Source of the DNA: a virus | Lineage: Duplodnaviria > Heunggongvirae > Uroviricota > Caudoviricetes | Direction: 5' to 3' (one strand) | IMG/VR virus record: IMGVR_UViG_3300035696_000002 | DNA length: 64,000 nucleotides | Shown: positions 8,162-16,507 of the stretch, piece after piece | Layout: every line of letters starts with the position of its first letter | How positions within the stretch are numbered: the stretch's first letter is position 1 | The notes under the pieces: model-generated | Told to the model about the DNA's origin: nothing | The model's database searches: none | Seen by the model: only the letters and a program-made list of their open reading frames with translations | Translations under genes and position numbers: made by a program

Positions 8162-8337
8162 GACGACTGTGTGAAATGGCAGACGGCGGCACCGAGAACT
8201 CCAGTCACCCATGCAATGCTGAAGCTGTTGATTATGTGCAATGCAAGACTGGAAGATTGTGGCTCTGTGCCGAGCACTGGGACTGGTACTGGGGCAAGGT
8301 CAGGCAATGCAGCCCTCCAAAATATGAAAACGTGTGA
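8158..8337 (+). CDS. ZnF-array family paralog (59 aa)
   Basis: Not in the track: MRRLCEMADGGTENSSHPCNAEAVDYVQCKTGRLWLCAEHWDWYWGKV...; ATGA overlap. Confidence 0.55.
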   Translation: MRRLCEMADGGTENSSHPCNAEAVDYVQCKTGRLWLCAEHWDWYWGKVRQCSPPKYENV

Positions 8338-8515
8338 GATTTGCATTGGGCATGAAGGCGGCAGGGATTTGGCGTGTGAGGAGTGCAACTGCCACACATC
8401 GAAGCCGTGCGGTAAGCCAGCTATCGAGTTTGAAGAGGACGACTGGGGCCGCACTTACTACTGTGCTGAGCACTGGGACAAACGTCAGAACGGGACACTG
8501 AGCATTTATGGATGA
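8324..8515 (+). CDS. ZnF-array family paralog
   Basis: Internal ATG of track ORF 8171..8515: MKTCEICIGHEGGRDLACEECNCHTSKPCGKPAIEFEEDDWGRTYYCAEHWDKRQN. Confidence 0.6.
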   Translation: MKTCEICIGHEGGRDLACEECNCHTSKPCGKPAIEFEEDDWGRTYYCAEHWDKRQNGTLSIYG

Positions 8516-8678
8516 GCAACAACGAATCTGCATGATGCGGTTGAACAACACGCCCTGCACGAAACCAGCGGTCGATTGGATTGGCGGCAAACTCGATGGT
8601 GGGGAGTTTGGTGAGTTGTGGTGCTGCCAAGAACACCTCGATTACTGGGACAACTTCGAGGCCAACCACACCCTATGA
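8508..8678 (+). CDS. ZnF-array family paralog (56 aa)
   Basis: Not in the track: MDEQQRICMMRLNNTPCTKPAVDWIGGKLDGGEFGELWCCQEHLDYWDNF. Confidence 0.5.
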   Translation: MDEQQRICMMRLNNTPCTKPAVDWIGGKLDGGEFGELWCCQEHLDYWDNFEANHTL

Positions 8679-8911
8679 GACAGTGCGAATGCGTGACATG
8701 GAAGACTGATGAAGTTGGGCCTGAGCGTGGGCCTTTCTATTGTCATGAGATCGCGACCTGTGTGTTGTGGTTTCGGGACAAGTGGTGCTATTACTGTGCC
8801 ACGCATTATGACCAAATCGTAGCTTGCATCAAACGCCGGGCTGCCGACGATGATCCAAGCAACCCGCGTCGGGCCGGGTCTCAAGAGTTGGTGGAGATCA
8901 ACAATCTGTGA
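8675..8911 (+). CDS. Cys-rich paralog, divergent
   Basis: MRQCECVTWKTDEVGPERGPFYCHEIATCVLWFRDKWCYYCATHYDQIVA. Confidence 0.55.
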   Translation: MRQCECVTWKTDEVGPERGPFYCHEIATCVLWFRDKWCYYCATHYDQIVACIKRRAADDDPSNPRRAGSQELVEINNL

Positions 8912-9120
8912 GTGAACATCGTTGCCAATACGCAGTCGGGGTACGCCCAGACATAAAAGTCACCTACATCGGTCACTTGGCTACGTTCCAAGAGAGCCTT
9001 TGTTGCGGTGCCCCGGCCCATTACTGTGCCGACGAAGAGGACGCATTCGCATCACGTTGGCTCTGTGCAGAGCACTATGATCTCTGGCGTCAGTGGCGAC
9101 TAGAGGAACGTGCTCTATGA
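8908..9120 (+). CDS. ZnF-array family paralog
   Basis: ...LCCGAPAHYCADEEDAFASRWLCAEHYDLWRQW. Confidence 0.6.
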   Translation: MSEHRCQYAVGVRPDIKVTYIGHLATFQESLCCGAPAHYCADEEDAFASRWLCAEHYDLWRQWRLEERAL

Positions 9121-9311
9121 ATGAAATTCCCCGGTGTATGTTCCCCGTCTTCGTTAAAGGGGTGCCGGAAGAACAATTGGAGCAGTGTGGGAAGCCAGCC
9201 GTTGAGTTCAACGAAGACGACGAAGGTAAACGCTGGTATTACTGTGCTGAGCACTGGGATAAACGTGAACGAATTCGTTTCATGTTAAGGCAACGAGGAT
9301 TCCACGTATGA
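9117..9311 (+). CDS. ZnF-array family paralog
   Basis: MNEIPRCMFPVFVKGVPEEQLEQCGKPAVEFNEDDEGKRWYYCAEHWDKRERI. Confidence 0.65.
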   Translation: MNEIPRCMFPVFVKGVPEEQLEQCGKPAVEFNEDDEGKRWYYCAEHWDKRERIRFMLRQRGFHV

Positions 9312-9703
9312 CACTGTTCGAGAAGTTGATTCGCCGCTACATCCCATTCAAGGAGATCGGCTGGGCAGAGATCGGGGAGAAGTTCACCCGTTATCAGTTG
9401 CTCAAAACGCGATGGTTTAACATCTACCTCCATCAGCTTTCCGCCCCGAAGTGGCACCCCCAGTGTCACGATCATCCATGGAGTTTCGTTGCGATCCTGT
9501 TGAAGAGCGGGTATCTGGAAGAATCAGTCCGTGACGCGGGCAACGGTGACTGGTATCACGAAGTCAAGGCCCACAAGCCCGGCTCGATTCTCTATCGTCC
9601 GGCTGAATTTTCACACAACGTCATCACACCGTTTGGTACCTCATGGTCTATAATCTTCACAGGCCCGAAGGTGCGGCAATGGGGGTTTTTAACCTGTGAG
9701 TGA
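9308..9703 (+). CDS. hypothetical protein with a possible His-rich metal-binding motif, weakly cupin-like
   Basis: 131-aa ORF inside the array; WHPQCHDHPWSF...E...HKPGSILYRPAEFSHNV carries an H-x-H...E...H spacing. Confidence 0.5.
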   Translation: MTLFEKLIRRYIPFKEIGWAEIGEKFTRYQLLKTRWFNIYLHQLSAPKWHPQCHDHPWSFVAILLKSGYLEESVRDAGNGDWYHEVKAHKPGSILYRPAEFSHNVITPFGTSWSIIFTGPKVRQWGFLTCE

Positions 9704-9881
9704 ACATCTATGCAGTCTTTCTATCGTAGGGGATGAGTGTAACGAGCCAGCAATTGAATCTGTCGAAGCGTCCAACACGCAGGGAGACACGATTCGTGTG
9801 TGGTTCTGTGCCAAGCACTGGGACATGCGGATACGTGCGGCTAAGGCCGCTGTATTGCGGGCATTTCGAAATGGCGACTAG
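9696..9881 (+). CDS. ZnF-array family paralog
   Basis: CSLSIVGDECNEPAIESVEASNTQGDTIRVWFCAKHWDMRIR. Confidence 0.6.
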   Translation: MSEHLCSLSIVGDECNEPAIESVEASNTQGDTIRVWFCAKHWDMRIRAAKAAVLRAFRNGD

Positions 9882-10119
9882 ACCCCCGTGCGGCTGGTTT
9901 GAGAATGGTGAAGAGTGTGGCAAGCCCAGCATTGACCACATGGGTGACTGGTATCTCTGTGCCGAACATCACGATCAACTTGTTCGCGAGACCATCGCGA
10001 TGGCCGATTCCGACGCATGCTTCGTCTGCAATGGGGCTGGAGAGTTCCGTCCAGTTTACGAAGAAGAGACCTATATTTTCTGTCAGGCATGCGGAGGAAC
10101 GGGGAAGAGGCGAGAATGA
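9871..10119 (+). CDS. ZnF-array family paralog with an extra C-terminal CxxC...CxxC
   Basis: Internal ATG of track ORF 9733..10119: MATRPPCGWFENGEECGKPSIDHMGDWYLCAEHHDQ...CFVCNG...CQACGG. Confidence 0.55.
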   Translation: MATRPPCGWFENGEECGKPSIDHMGDWYLCAEHHDQLVRETIAMADSDACFVCNGAGEFRPVYEEETYIFCQACGGTGKRRE

Positions 10120-10295
10120 TCCATACGTGTGGCCATTACGATAATGGGGACACAGTGTGCGGTCGTCTACCCACGCGAGCCTTGCGAGTTGAGGCGTACC
10201 CCGAGGTGGGGTGGTTTACCATGTGGCTGTGCGATCTTCACTATCACGAGCACGCAAAGACGTGGGAAGAGAACGGTACAAAAGTTGAGTATTAG
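10116..10295 (+). CDS. Cys/His-rich paralog, divergent
   Basis: MIHTCGHYDNGDTVCGRLPTRALRVEAYPEVGWFTMWLCDLHYHEH. Confidence 0.5.
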   Translation: MIHTCGHYDNGDTVCGRLPTRALRVEAYPEVGWFTMWLCDLHYHEHAKTWEENGTKVEY

Positions 10296-10310
10296 GAGTA
10301 CAATAGGGCT

Positions 10311-10523
10311 ATGCCTCCTGCCACAATCATCATCGAAGGAATCACCCGCTGGTGGACACGCCGACGCATGAAACAAGGCGTCAAGAAGCTTGCAAACGTT
10401 TGGGGTTACCTGTATTGGCGAGCATGGAAGGATGAGGCCTTAGGCCTTGAGTCAGACATTTCAGGCCTAGCCCTCGTCACCATGACGCTGAACAATCTGT
10501 ACGAGGATTACAAGCAAGTATGA
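10311..10523 (+). CDS. hypothetical protein
   Basis: Track ORF. Confidence 0.5.
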   Translation: MPPATIIIEGITRWWTRRRMKQGVKKLANVWGYLYWRAWKDEALGLESDISGLALVTMTLNNLYEDYKQV

Positions 10524-10729
10524 GCAGGCCCCAGTGTTGCGTTATGCTGCCGAGCGGCCTTTGCCCGGAGCCCGGCATCGAGTTCGTGGAAGTTCTGTGT
10601 GAATGTGAAGACCCGGAATGCCCCGATAGCGGGCGTGAATGGTACTGTGCCGAACACTGGGATGAGATGCACCACGAGTGTGGGCCAAACTGCGAGTTTT
10701 ACGACGATGGCGATGACGATGCTGCTTAG
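10520..10729 (+). CDS. ZnF-array family paralog
   Basis: CCVMLPSGLCPEPGIEFVEVLCECEDPECPDSGREWYCAEHWDEMHHECG. Confidence 0.65.
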   Translation: MSRPQCCVMLPSGLCPEPGIEFVEVLCECEDPECPDSGREWYCAEHWDEMHHECGPNCEFYDDGDDDAA

Positions 10730-10757
10730 TTGGGTGAAGCTCCCCGTCTATCCTGCC

Positions 10758-11015
10758 ATGACTGCCGCCTTCAGGCCTCTGTGGGAGTACAGCGAGAAAG
10801 ACCTCCGCATCCGCAAGATCGAACTGAATCTGGAGCATTTCATTCGCCACGCTCCAGTGACCGGGATTCCCGGAGTGGTTTCACGGGTGGTTCGATATCA
10901 CAACGGCGATGCTGAGACAGTATGGGTCGTGCCCGGCTATCGGTGCCCGGAATGTCACCGCACGTTTTTTGTGGCTGACTGGCTCGATCTGAAACACGAA
11001 TGTTGCTACGAGTGA
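10758..11015 (+). CDS. hypothetical protein with a C-terminal CPECH zinc-ribbon-like motif
   Basis: Internal ATG of track ORF 10599..11015 (a GTG at 10734 is an alternative start). Confidence 0.45.
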   Translation: MTAAFRPLWEYSEKDLRIRKIELNLEHFIRHAPVTGIPGVVSRVVRYHNGDAETVWVVPGYRCPECHRTFFVADWLDLKHECCYE

Positions 11016-11024
11016 GGTATTAGT

Positions 11025-11327
11025 ATGTGGGCATTACAACTGAATCCGATGACGGCGAACGCCGAGACTGTTGTCCCAATAGTTTGTGCGGAGACACCTG
11101 AGCAGCTTTACGAATTCATGAAAGCTGAGACTGTGGAACCGTATCAAGATGGACGTTGGTACAAGGTGTTCCGCAAGGATGGCCCGCTGGAGTGGATGAA
11201 TGCACCAGTAAATGGGCAGGCATTCGTCGGCATTCCAGCCATTGTCGATTTCGGCAATGAAGAGTGCTGGGTTAACGATGCCCGGATCGCATACCAATCG
11301 TTTGTGTCGAACATGAGGAGAATTTAA
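11025..11327 (+). CDS. hypothetical protein
   Basis: Track ORF; GAGGT Shine-Dalgarno upstream. Confidence 0.55.
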   Translation: MWALQLNPMTANAETVVPIVCAETPEQLYEFMKAETVEPYQDGRWYKVFRKDGPLEWMNAPVNGQAFVGIPAIVDFGNEECWVNDARIAYQSFVSNMRRI

Positions 11328-11764
11328 TGGGAACACGTGCAGATTTTTACATTGGTACAGACGTAAACGCTCAATGGCTGGGCAGCATCGCTTACGACGG
11401 CTACCCTGATGGCAACCCGGCATTGCTTGGCAAAAGCATCAAAACGAAGCGGCAGTTTGTCGCCGCTGTGAAGAAGATATTCAAGGGAGTAGACCATTTC
11501 ACCCTACCTGAGTATGGTTGGCCATGGCCGTGGGAAAACAGCCAGACAACGGACTATGCCTACGCTTGGGACGACAAGAAAAAGAAAGTCATGGTCTCGC
11601 GTTTCGGGCGTCCGTACATCACGTTCCATACGTACCAACGAATGAACGAAGAGAAATCCAATCTCTACTATGAACGGGGACAGACTCAGGTTTTTCCCGA
11701 CATGAAAGCCATTCAGAACGTGGACTATGGCCGTCGTTCGGGCGTCATGGTCATCAGTGCCTAA
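11327..11764 (+). CDS. hypothetical protein
   Basis: Track ORF. Confidence 0.6.
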   Translation: MGTRADFYIGTDVNAQWLGSIAYDGYPDGNPALLGKSIKTKRQFVAAVKKIFKGVDHFTLPEYGWPWPWENSQTTDYAYAWDDKKKKVMVSRFGRPYITFHTYQRMNEEKSNLYYERGQTQVFPDMKAIQNVDYGRRSGVMVISA

Positions 11765-11958
11765 TGCCTCAGTGTGAGTGGTACCCCGATGGGCAAACGC
11801 TGTGTCAGAATGAGGCCACACGCAAGGCATTGATTATTGACACGGGCTGCGATTGTGCTACGTGCTTATCGGAGCCACATACGATCTGGATTTGTGATCG
11901 GTGTGCCGAGCTTGCCCCGGCCCACTGGGAAAAACTTGGAGTAGTCGCGAGGTTCTGA
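11764..11958 (+). CDS. small Cys-rich protein, loosely related to the array family
   Basis: MPQCEWYPDGQTLCQNE...CDCATC...WICDRCAELAPAHWEK. Confidence 0.5.
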   Translation: MPQCEWYPDGQTLCQNEATRKALIIDTGCDCATCLSEPHTIWICDRCAELAPAHWEKLGVVARF

Positions 11959-12281
11959 TGGACTGTCAGATGACCAAAGAAGAAGCGATGAAGTATGTGA
12001 GAGGCTGGGGGCCGGAGAAGCTGGCTGAGAACATTGCCTTTTACAACAATGTCATCGACTATTTGACCCAGAAGCATTACCCGGAACTCCGCAAGCATGG
12101 CTACAGTGCAGCCGGGGTTGGGAACGTTCTCCTGTGGAATCGTGACAACGAATTGAAGCAGGCCAAGGGGCCTGAGCCGGGGCCGGATGAGCCTAAATGG
12201 CTGATTTCGGCAAAAACAGCGTATTGGATATTGGGGATCATCGCCAGTATTGTGGCGATCATCACAGCGGTGAAGCGGTAG
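11958..12281 (+). CDS. hypothetical protein with a C-terminal TM helix
   Basis: Internal ATG of track ORF 11901..12281; ATGA overlap. Confidence 0.55.
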   Translation: MDCQMTKEEAMKYVRGWGPEKLAENIAFYNNVIDYLTQKHYPELRKHGYSAAGVGNVLLWNRDNELKQAKGPEPGPDEPKWLISAKTAYWILGIIASIVAIITAVKR

Positions 12282-12601
12282 TGTACGAGCATAACCCAGT
12301 TTGTTCAGGCAGCCCGAGGTATCCACGCGGGGCACGAGGGCACTGTTGTTGCTGCGGTACAAGCGACTTGTACACCCTACGGAAGTTGATGATTGAGAGG
12401 CATGGGATGGATGCTAAGCGTGTTCTGTTCGTGGCTGAATGCCCGCACTGCCGTGAACGTAAAGAGTACCCGTTCGCTGATGAGGTGCCAAAGGAATCGT
12501 TTTGCCAGACCTGTGAGGTCTGGGTGCCAACGGTGGAGTTGTCTTGGGATGGTGTCGATTTCACGAGCCTCCTCCCACCGGATATGACAGGTAAAAGATG
12601 A
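12281..12601 (+). CDS. hypothetical Cys-rich protein
   Basis: GTG start inside track ORF 12197..12601; CPHC...CQTC. Confidence 0.45.
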   Translation: MYEHNPVCSGSPRYPRGARGHCCCCGTSDLYTLRKLMIERHGMDAKRVLFVAECPHCRERKEYPFADEVPKESFCQTCEVWVPTVELSWDGVDFTSLLPPDMTGKR

Positions 12602-12807
12602 ATGCAAGCCCAGCCGTCAAGCCAATCCTCATAGTGAAGCGAATGCGTCACTGGCTGAGGCTCGCCCAGCAGCCTTTCCTCGACAAGCGATACAAACGGG
12701 CTCAAGTTCTCAAGAACTACCGCTATTTGGTCAAGAAGTACCCCGATATTGCGAAGCAGGCTGGGTTGGATGAAACCACGATTCACCGTGAGGGCTTTTC
12801 TTTTTAG
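12598..12807 (+). CDS. hypothetical basic protein
   Basis: Track ORF. Confidence 0.45.
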   Translation: MNASPAVKPILIVKRMRHWLRLAQQPFLDKRYKRAQVLKNYRYLVKKYPDIAKQAGLDETTIHREGFSF

Positions 12808-12830
12808 CGAGGGTGTGGTAGAGTAGGCCC

Positions 12831-13058
12831 ATGTCAGAACAATCACGCAGACGCCCCAAGTTTCTGTTCGGTGCATTGCTCGCGACCGTCGTGTCGTCAA
12901 TCGTCGCGTTCGGCCCGCCAGCCGCGTTGTTCCATTACCTGAAGCCCGAGACTTTCGGGGAACGGCTGTTCATGCTCCTTCCCGTTGGCTTCTTGTTTCT
13001 GGTCATGCTGGTCGTCTCGTTCTTTCTGTGGGTCGCCATCGCCGCCGCATTCGAGTAA
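12831..13058 (+). CDS. membrane protein (2-3 TM)
   Basis: Track ORF; hydrophobic segments. Confidence 0.5.
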   Translation: MSEQSRRRPKFLFGALLATVVSSIVAFGPPAALFHYLKPETFGERLFMLLPVGFLFLVMLVVSFFLWVAIAAAFE

Positions 13059-13061
13059 ACT

Positions 13062-13436
13062 ATGAACGAAGTCATCAAGAAAGATTTGGGTCACACTCCC
13101 GTCGCCAAGCCACTAACGTATCCAACCTACACAGGTGAGAAGCCGATCATCGTGTGTGCTCTATGCCATCTTTCCCAGACATACTGGGAGTCTTTCAAGG
13201 TGCCGTGCACTGGGCCAAAAGCTGATCGAATTGTCTATGTCCCGCTGCCCGGCGACGAGCCGCGAGTTGGCCACGTCTATCATTGGCTCTTTGCTGATGG
13301 GTCGCTTCGCAAGGCATACTCGAATGTGACTGTTGTCCACCCAGTGGGTAATCTTGTCGCCCTGTACGGCAAGGACATGTTCCCCCTCGGCGTGATCCAT
13401 CTCGACAAGGGCGAACAGGTTATCTTCGCCTATTAA
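13062..13436 (+). CDS. hypothetical protein
   Basis: Track ORF. Confidence 0.55.
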   Translation: MNEVIKKDLGHTPVAKPLTYPTYTGEKPIIVCALCHLSQTYWESFKVPCTGPKADRIVYVPLPGDEPRVGHVYHWLFADGSLRKAYSNVTVVHPVGNLVALYGKDMFPLGVIHLDKGEQVIFAY

Positions 13437-13437
13437 C

Positions 13438-13650
13438 ATGGCTCTCGAAAAAGAACTGGCATTGTACGAGAAAATGTACCCCGTGTGGCTCAATCAGTTT
13501 CACGGGAAGTGGGCATTGATCTGTGGGGAAGAGTATGATACGTGGTGCTGCTACGATGATGCCCTTAAGGTTGGCTACCAGAAGTACGGCCTGACCCCCT
13601 TTCTGGTGAAACAGATCACCGTCAAAATTCCAACTCTAGTCACACTATGA
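13438..13650 (+). CDS. hypothetical protein
   Basis: Track ORF. Confidence 0.5.
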   Translation: MALEKELALYEKMYPVWLNQFHGKWALICGEEYDTWCCYDDALKVGYQKYGLTPFLVKQITVKIPTLVTL

Positions 13651-13874
13651 GCGAAGAACAGTTCTGCATGCGGGTGATCGTCCCGAACCACACCGTCGTC
13701 GAAATTCCCATTGCATCCTTTGCAGTTTCAGATTGCCCCAACCTCCCCGAAGCCGACGCATTGCCTGTTTGCGGAAAGCCTGCACGGTTCAACTTTGAAA
13801 GCATGGGCCGTGTCTGGTGGTTGTGTGCTGAGTGCTACGACATGGCTGTGACTGCGGGAGCACTGGATGAGTGA
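13647..13874 (+). CDS. ZnF-array family paralog
   Basis: ...CPNLPEADALPVCGKPARFNFESMGRVWWLCAECYDMAV. Confidence 0.6.
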   Translation: MSEEQFCMRVIVPNHTVVEIPIASFAVSDCPNLPEADALPVCGKPARFNFESMGRVWWLCAECYDMAVTAGALDE

Positions 13875-14145
13875 GGAAAACCCCGGCTTCGCTTATTACA
13901 GCCGCTACGAGCACTTTGCCGAGTCGGAGGAAGGCTGGAGTCCCCGATCAGCCTACGACTTGATGTGCCCGTTTTGTGGGGCCGAGGAGATCGTCATCCT
14001 TGAGGAATGCGAAGACCTCGATCTTTCCTGTGAGAACGCTTCCTACATGATCGGCGATAAAGTTCAGTGTTGGATTTGTAAACGAGAATTCACTGTCACA
14101 CAGGGGTGCTGGAAATACCGTGAGATTACGTCGTCAACCGAATGA
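13867..14145 (+). CDS. zinc-ribbon protein (CPFCG...CWIC)
   Basis: Track ORF. Confidence 0.5.
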   Translation: MSEENPGFAYYSRYEHFAESEEGWSPRSAYDLMCPFCGAEEIVILEECEDLDLSCENASYMIGDKVQCWICKREFTVTQGCWKYREITSSTE

Positions 14146-14500
14146 CAGTACGTGTGGTCAGGCCTCGGTTGCCATGGTCGCGAATGTTCCTGTCAAGCGA
14201 GCCATTGAAGTGTTCGGCCATGCTCACTGCACCCGGACGCAAGAACTGGTCTGGGCTCTCCGCAAACTGAAAATTCGTTGTGCTTCCCGGCTCGAACGCA
14301 GGAAGAAGGCCGTCTCTCTGCCTGCATTTTGCATTATTAGCCTGAAAGTCAGGAGAGATCACGAGGCGTGGCCGAAGAATAAACGTTGGGGACACTGGGC
14401 CGTACTGTACAAGAACCGCATCTATGACCCGGCGTGGGGCATCGACCCGGCTTGGCCTCCCGGTATCCACATCACCTCGTACCTCAGGATCAAACCCTGA
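14120..14500 (+). CDS. putative papain-like (C39-like) cysteine peptidase
   Basis: N-terminal STCGQASVAMV (Cys nucleophile context), later GHWAVLYKNRIYDP (His/Asp); a Cys...His...Asp order like peptidase C39. Confidence 0.4.
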   Translation: MRLRRQPNDSTCGQASVAMVANVPVKRAIEVFGHAHCTRTQELVWALRKLKIRCASRLERRKKAVSLPAFCIISLKVRRDHEAWPKNKRWGHWAVLYKNRIYDPAWGIDPAWPPGIHITSYLRIKP

Positions 14501-14626
14501 TTTGCGAGTCGTTTGACGAAGTCCAGTAACTATGGTAACATTCTCCGAAGTGGAAGGTATCCACGGATTGTCCGCGTGGTTTGCGGAAATTCAAGTAAGA
14601 CTCCCCGCAATTTTTGGTTGGTGATT

Positions 14627-15232
14627 ATGAATGCTGGTACAGCTTATGCTCGAAAATATCAGAAGAGCAATAACGTAAAGGGCCTCTGCAAGTATTGCCC
14701 TCAGCCTCGCGACGGTGAATGCGTCGGCTGCAAACAAGGTGAGCCACTGAATCTCGTTGTGGAGAACACAAAAGAAAATGTTCTACACACCAGCGGCATA
14801 CCGTGCACCAAGAGCGTGTTCTGCTCTGTGCATCACCAGAAAGAACTGGATCGAGCAGCTTCCCGGCGTCGTGCCGCAGGCGAGCCGAAGCGAATCACGA
14901 AAGAAGAAATCTCCGCTCGTGACACGAAAATTCAGGATTTCTATCTGTCGAACCCCACGCTGACCTACACTGAAGTTGCCGACAAACTCAACATCAACAT
15001 CGCAATCGTCAACAAGGCCCTACAGCGTAGCGGCGTCTCTCACAACGAACTGAAGTACAAGGCCATCCTCGAAGCTCTCATCGCAAACCCCGGCGTCAAC
15101 ACTTATCGCATCAGCCGCATGACTGGGGCTGGCAATGAGAAAGTCCGCCGCGTGGCACGCGAGAACAATATCCCGCTTCCCGTCGATGGCCGCAAGCCAA
15201 CTAGCCCAGTAACTCCTGCACTGGAGAACTAA
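14627..15232 (+). CDS. putative DNA-binding regulator (N-terminal Cys cluster, two HTH-like segments)
   Basis: Internal ATG of track ORF 14513..15232; TYTEVADKLNINIAIVNKALQRSG and NTYRISRMTGAGNEKVRRVAREN look like helix-turn-helix segments. Confidence 0.5.
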   Translation: MNAGTAYARKYQKSNNVKGLCKYCPQPRDGECVGCKQGEPLNLVVENTKENVLHTSGIPCTKSVFCSVHHQKELDRAASRRRAAGEPKRITKEEISARDTKIQDFYLSNPTLTYTEVADKLNINIAIVNKALQRSGVSHNELKYKAILEALIANPGVNTYRISRMTGAGNEKVRRVARENNIPLPVDGRKPTSPVTPALEN

Positions 15233-15337
15233 CGTGACGCTTGAGGACTTGCGTTTCAAGCTGCGTGAGCCAGAAACAATTTTCTGGCTGACCATCGCTG
15301 CTATCGTAGCGTGGGTTCTCTTCGTGGTGACACGGTA

Positions 15338-15472
15338 ATGGAATACTGGACTCCATGCCCACCGCCCGAAGATCGGGAAGCGTGGCGTCAGTGGAATAAA
15401 TGTCAGGCCCTCGCAGCGGTCGTTGTGGTGGTGCTGGCAGTCGTGGTTTATCTCATAGTGAGGTTTTTATGA
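15338..15472 (+). CDS. small membrane protein (44 aa)
   Basis: MEYWTPCPPPEDREAWRQWNKCQALAAVVVVVLAVVVYLIVRFL*; ATGA overlap with the next gene. Confidence 0.35.
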   Translation: MEYWTPCPPPEDREAWRQWNKCQALAAVVVVVLAVVVYLIVRFL

Positions 15473-15960
15473 AAAACGGTTTGGGTACTGGCTTAACGTT
15501 TGAAGAAGTGATGGAGTGCGTCCGTCGCGAAAACGAGTACGCGAAGGGTTGGAATAAAGGCGACCGTAAGGTCTCACGAGTCGAAGGCATCGACGATGGC
15601 GACGTTCACTCCGGCACCACCGGGCCTGTCGGGCAGCCGTTCGGTATTGCCGATTGGCACGACTTTGCCGGGAAGTATTTCGAGGAAATCCCCAAGGCCA
15701 TGGCGAGCTACACGCCGGATGGTGGATCAGTCCGCATTCGCATCATCAAGGTCATCGCACTGCTCGTCCGTTGTCTGATGATTTACGGGCGTCCCTCCGA
15801 TCTGGAGCGGCTGGCTGGTAAGTCTTCGAGCGACTTCCCCATTCTAGCTGGTGGTATCAAAGCGTTCGACGCCTTGAGCAATAACCACGGCTGTCTGGTG
15901 CCGACACCGGAGACCCGCAGCCTCCGTAACGAATCACCATCCTGCGATCCGCTGAAATGA
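15469..15960 (+). CDS. hypothetical protein
   Basis: Internal ATG of track ORF 15400..15960. Confidence 0.55.
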   Translation: MKNGLGTGLTFEEVMECVRRENEYAKGWNKGDRKVSRVEGIDDGDVHSGTTGPVGQPFGIADWHDFAGKYFEEIPKAMASYTPDGGSVRIRIIKVIALLVRCLMIYGRPSDLERLAGKSSSDFPILAGGIKAFDALSNNHGCLVPTPETRSLRNESPSCDPLK

Positions 15961-16277
15961 GCTACAAGAACGGCGACGGCATCTATCGTTTAGGTGGCGA
16001 ATTCCCAGTCAAAGCGTCAGAGTTGAAGGCTGGGGAGAGCATCGTAGTCGTCGCTGGCGGCGGCGAAAGCCATCTTTACACGGTCTATCGCCCGCCCCGT
16101 CGCAGGGATGAAAGCCCGATCCAGTACTATAAACGGACTGGGGGCGTCGTGGATGATCGCTACTATTTCCGCCACAAGGGTCGTTATTACTGCAACCCCG
16201 CCCATTGTCGTCGAACGTGGACGGACAAAAAGAAACGCGACGAACATCTCGACATGGCTTACGCGATATTGGGGTGA
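15957..16277 (+). CDS. hypothetical protein
   Basis: Track ORF. Confidence 0.5.
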   Translation: MSYKNGDGIYRLGGEFPVKASELKAGESIVVVAGGGESHLYTVYRPPRRRDESPIQYYKRTGGVVDDRYYFRHKGRYYCNPAHCRRTWTDKKKRDEHLDMAYAILG

Positions 16278-16279
16278 GG

Positions 16280-16507
16280 ATGAAAAGCACGGCCAAGAAG
16301 GTCGGGATCGGTGCAACACTGATGGCAGCCGGGGCTGGGCTGTACTGGCTGTTCAATCACTGCCATCACACCATCAGTCGTCCATTCACGATCAAGAAGG
16401 CAACGTATGTTGTCTGCCTGAAGTGTGGTGCTGAATTTGATTTCGACTGGGGCACACTGACAGTCGGCAAAAAACGAACCAAGGGGACAAAGAATGTTGT
16501 GGGCTAA
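16280..16507 (+). CDS. membrane-anchored zinc-ribbon protein
   Basis: Internal ATG of track ORF 16205..16507; TM helix plus CLKCG. Confidence 0.5.
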   Translation: MKSTAKKVGIGATLMAAGAGLYWLFNHCHHTISRPFTIKKATYVVCLKCGAEFDFDWGTLTVGKKRTKGTKNVVG

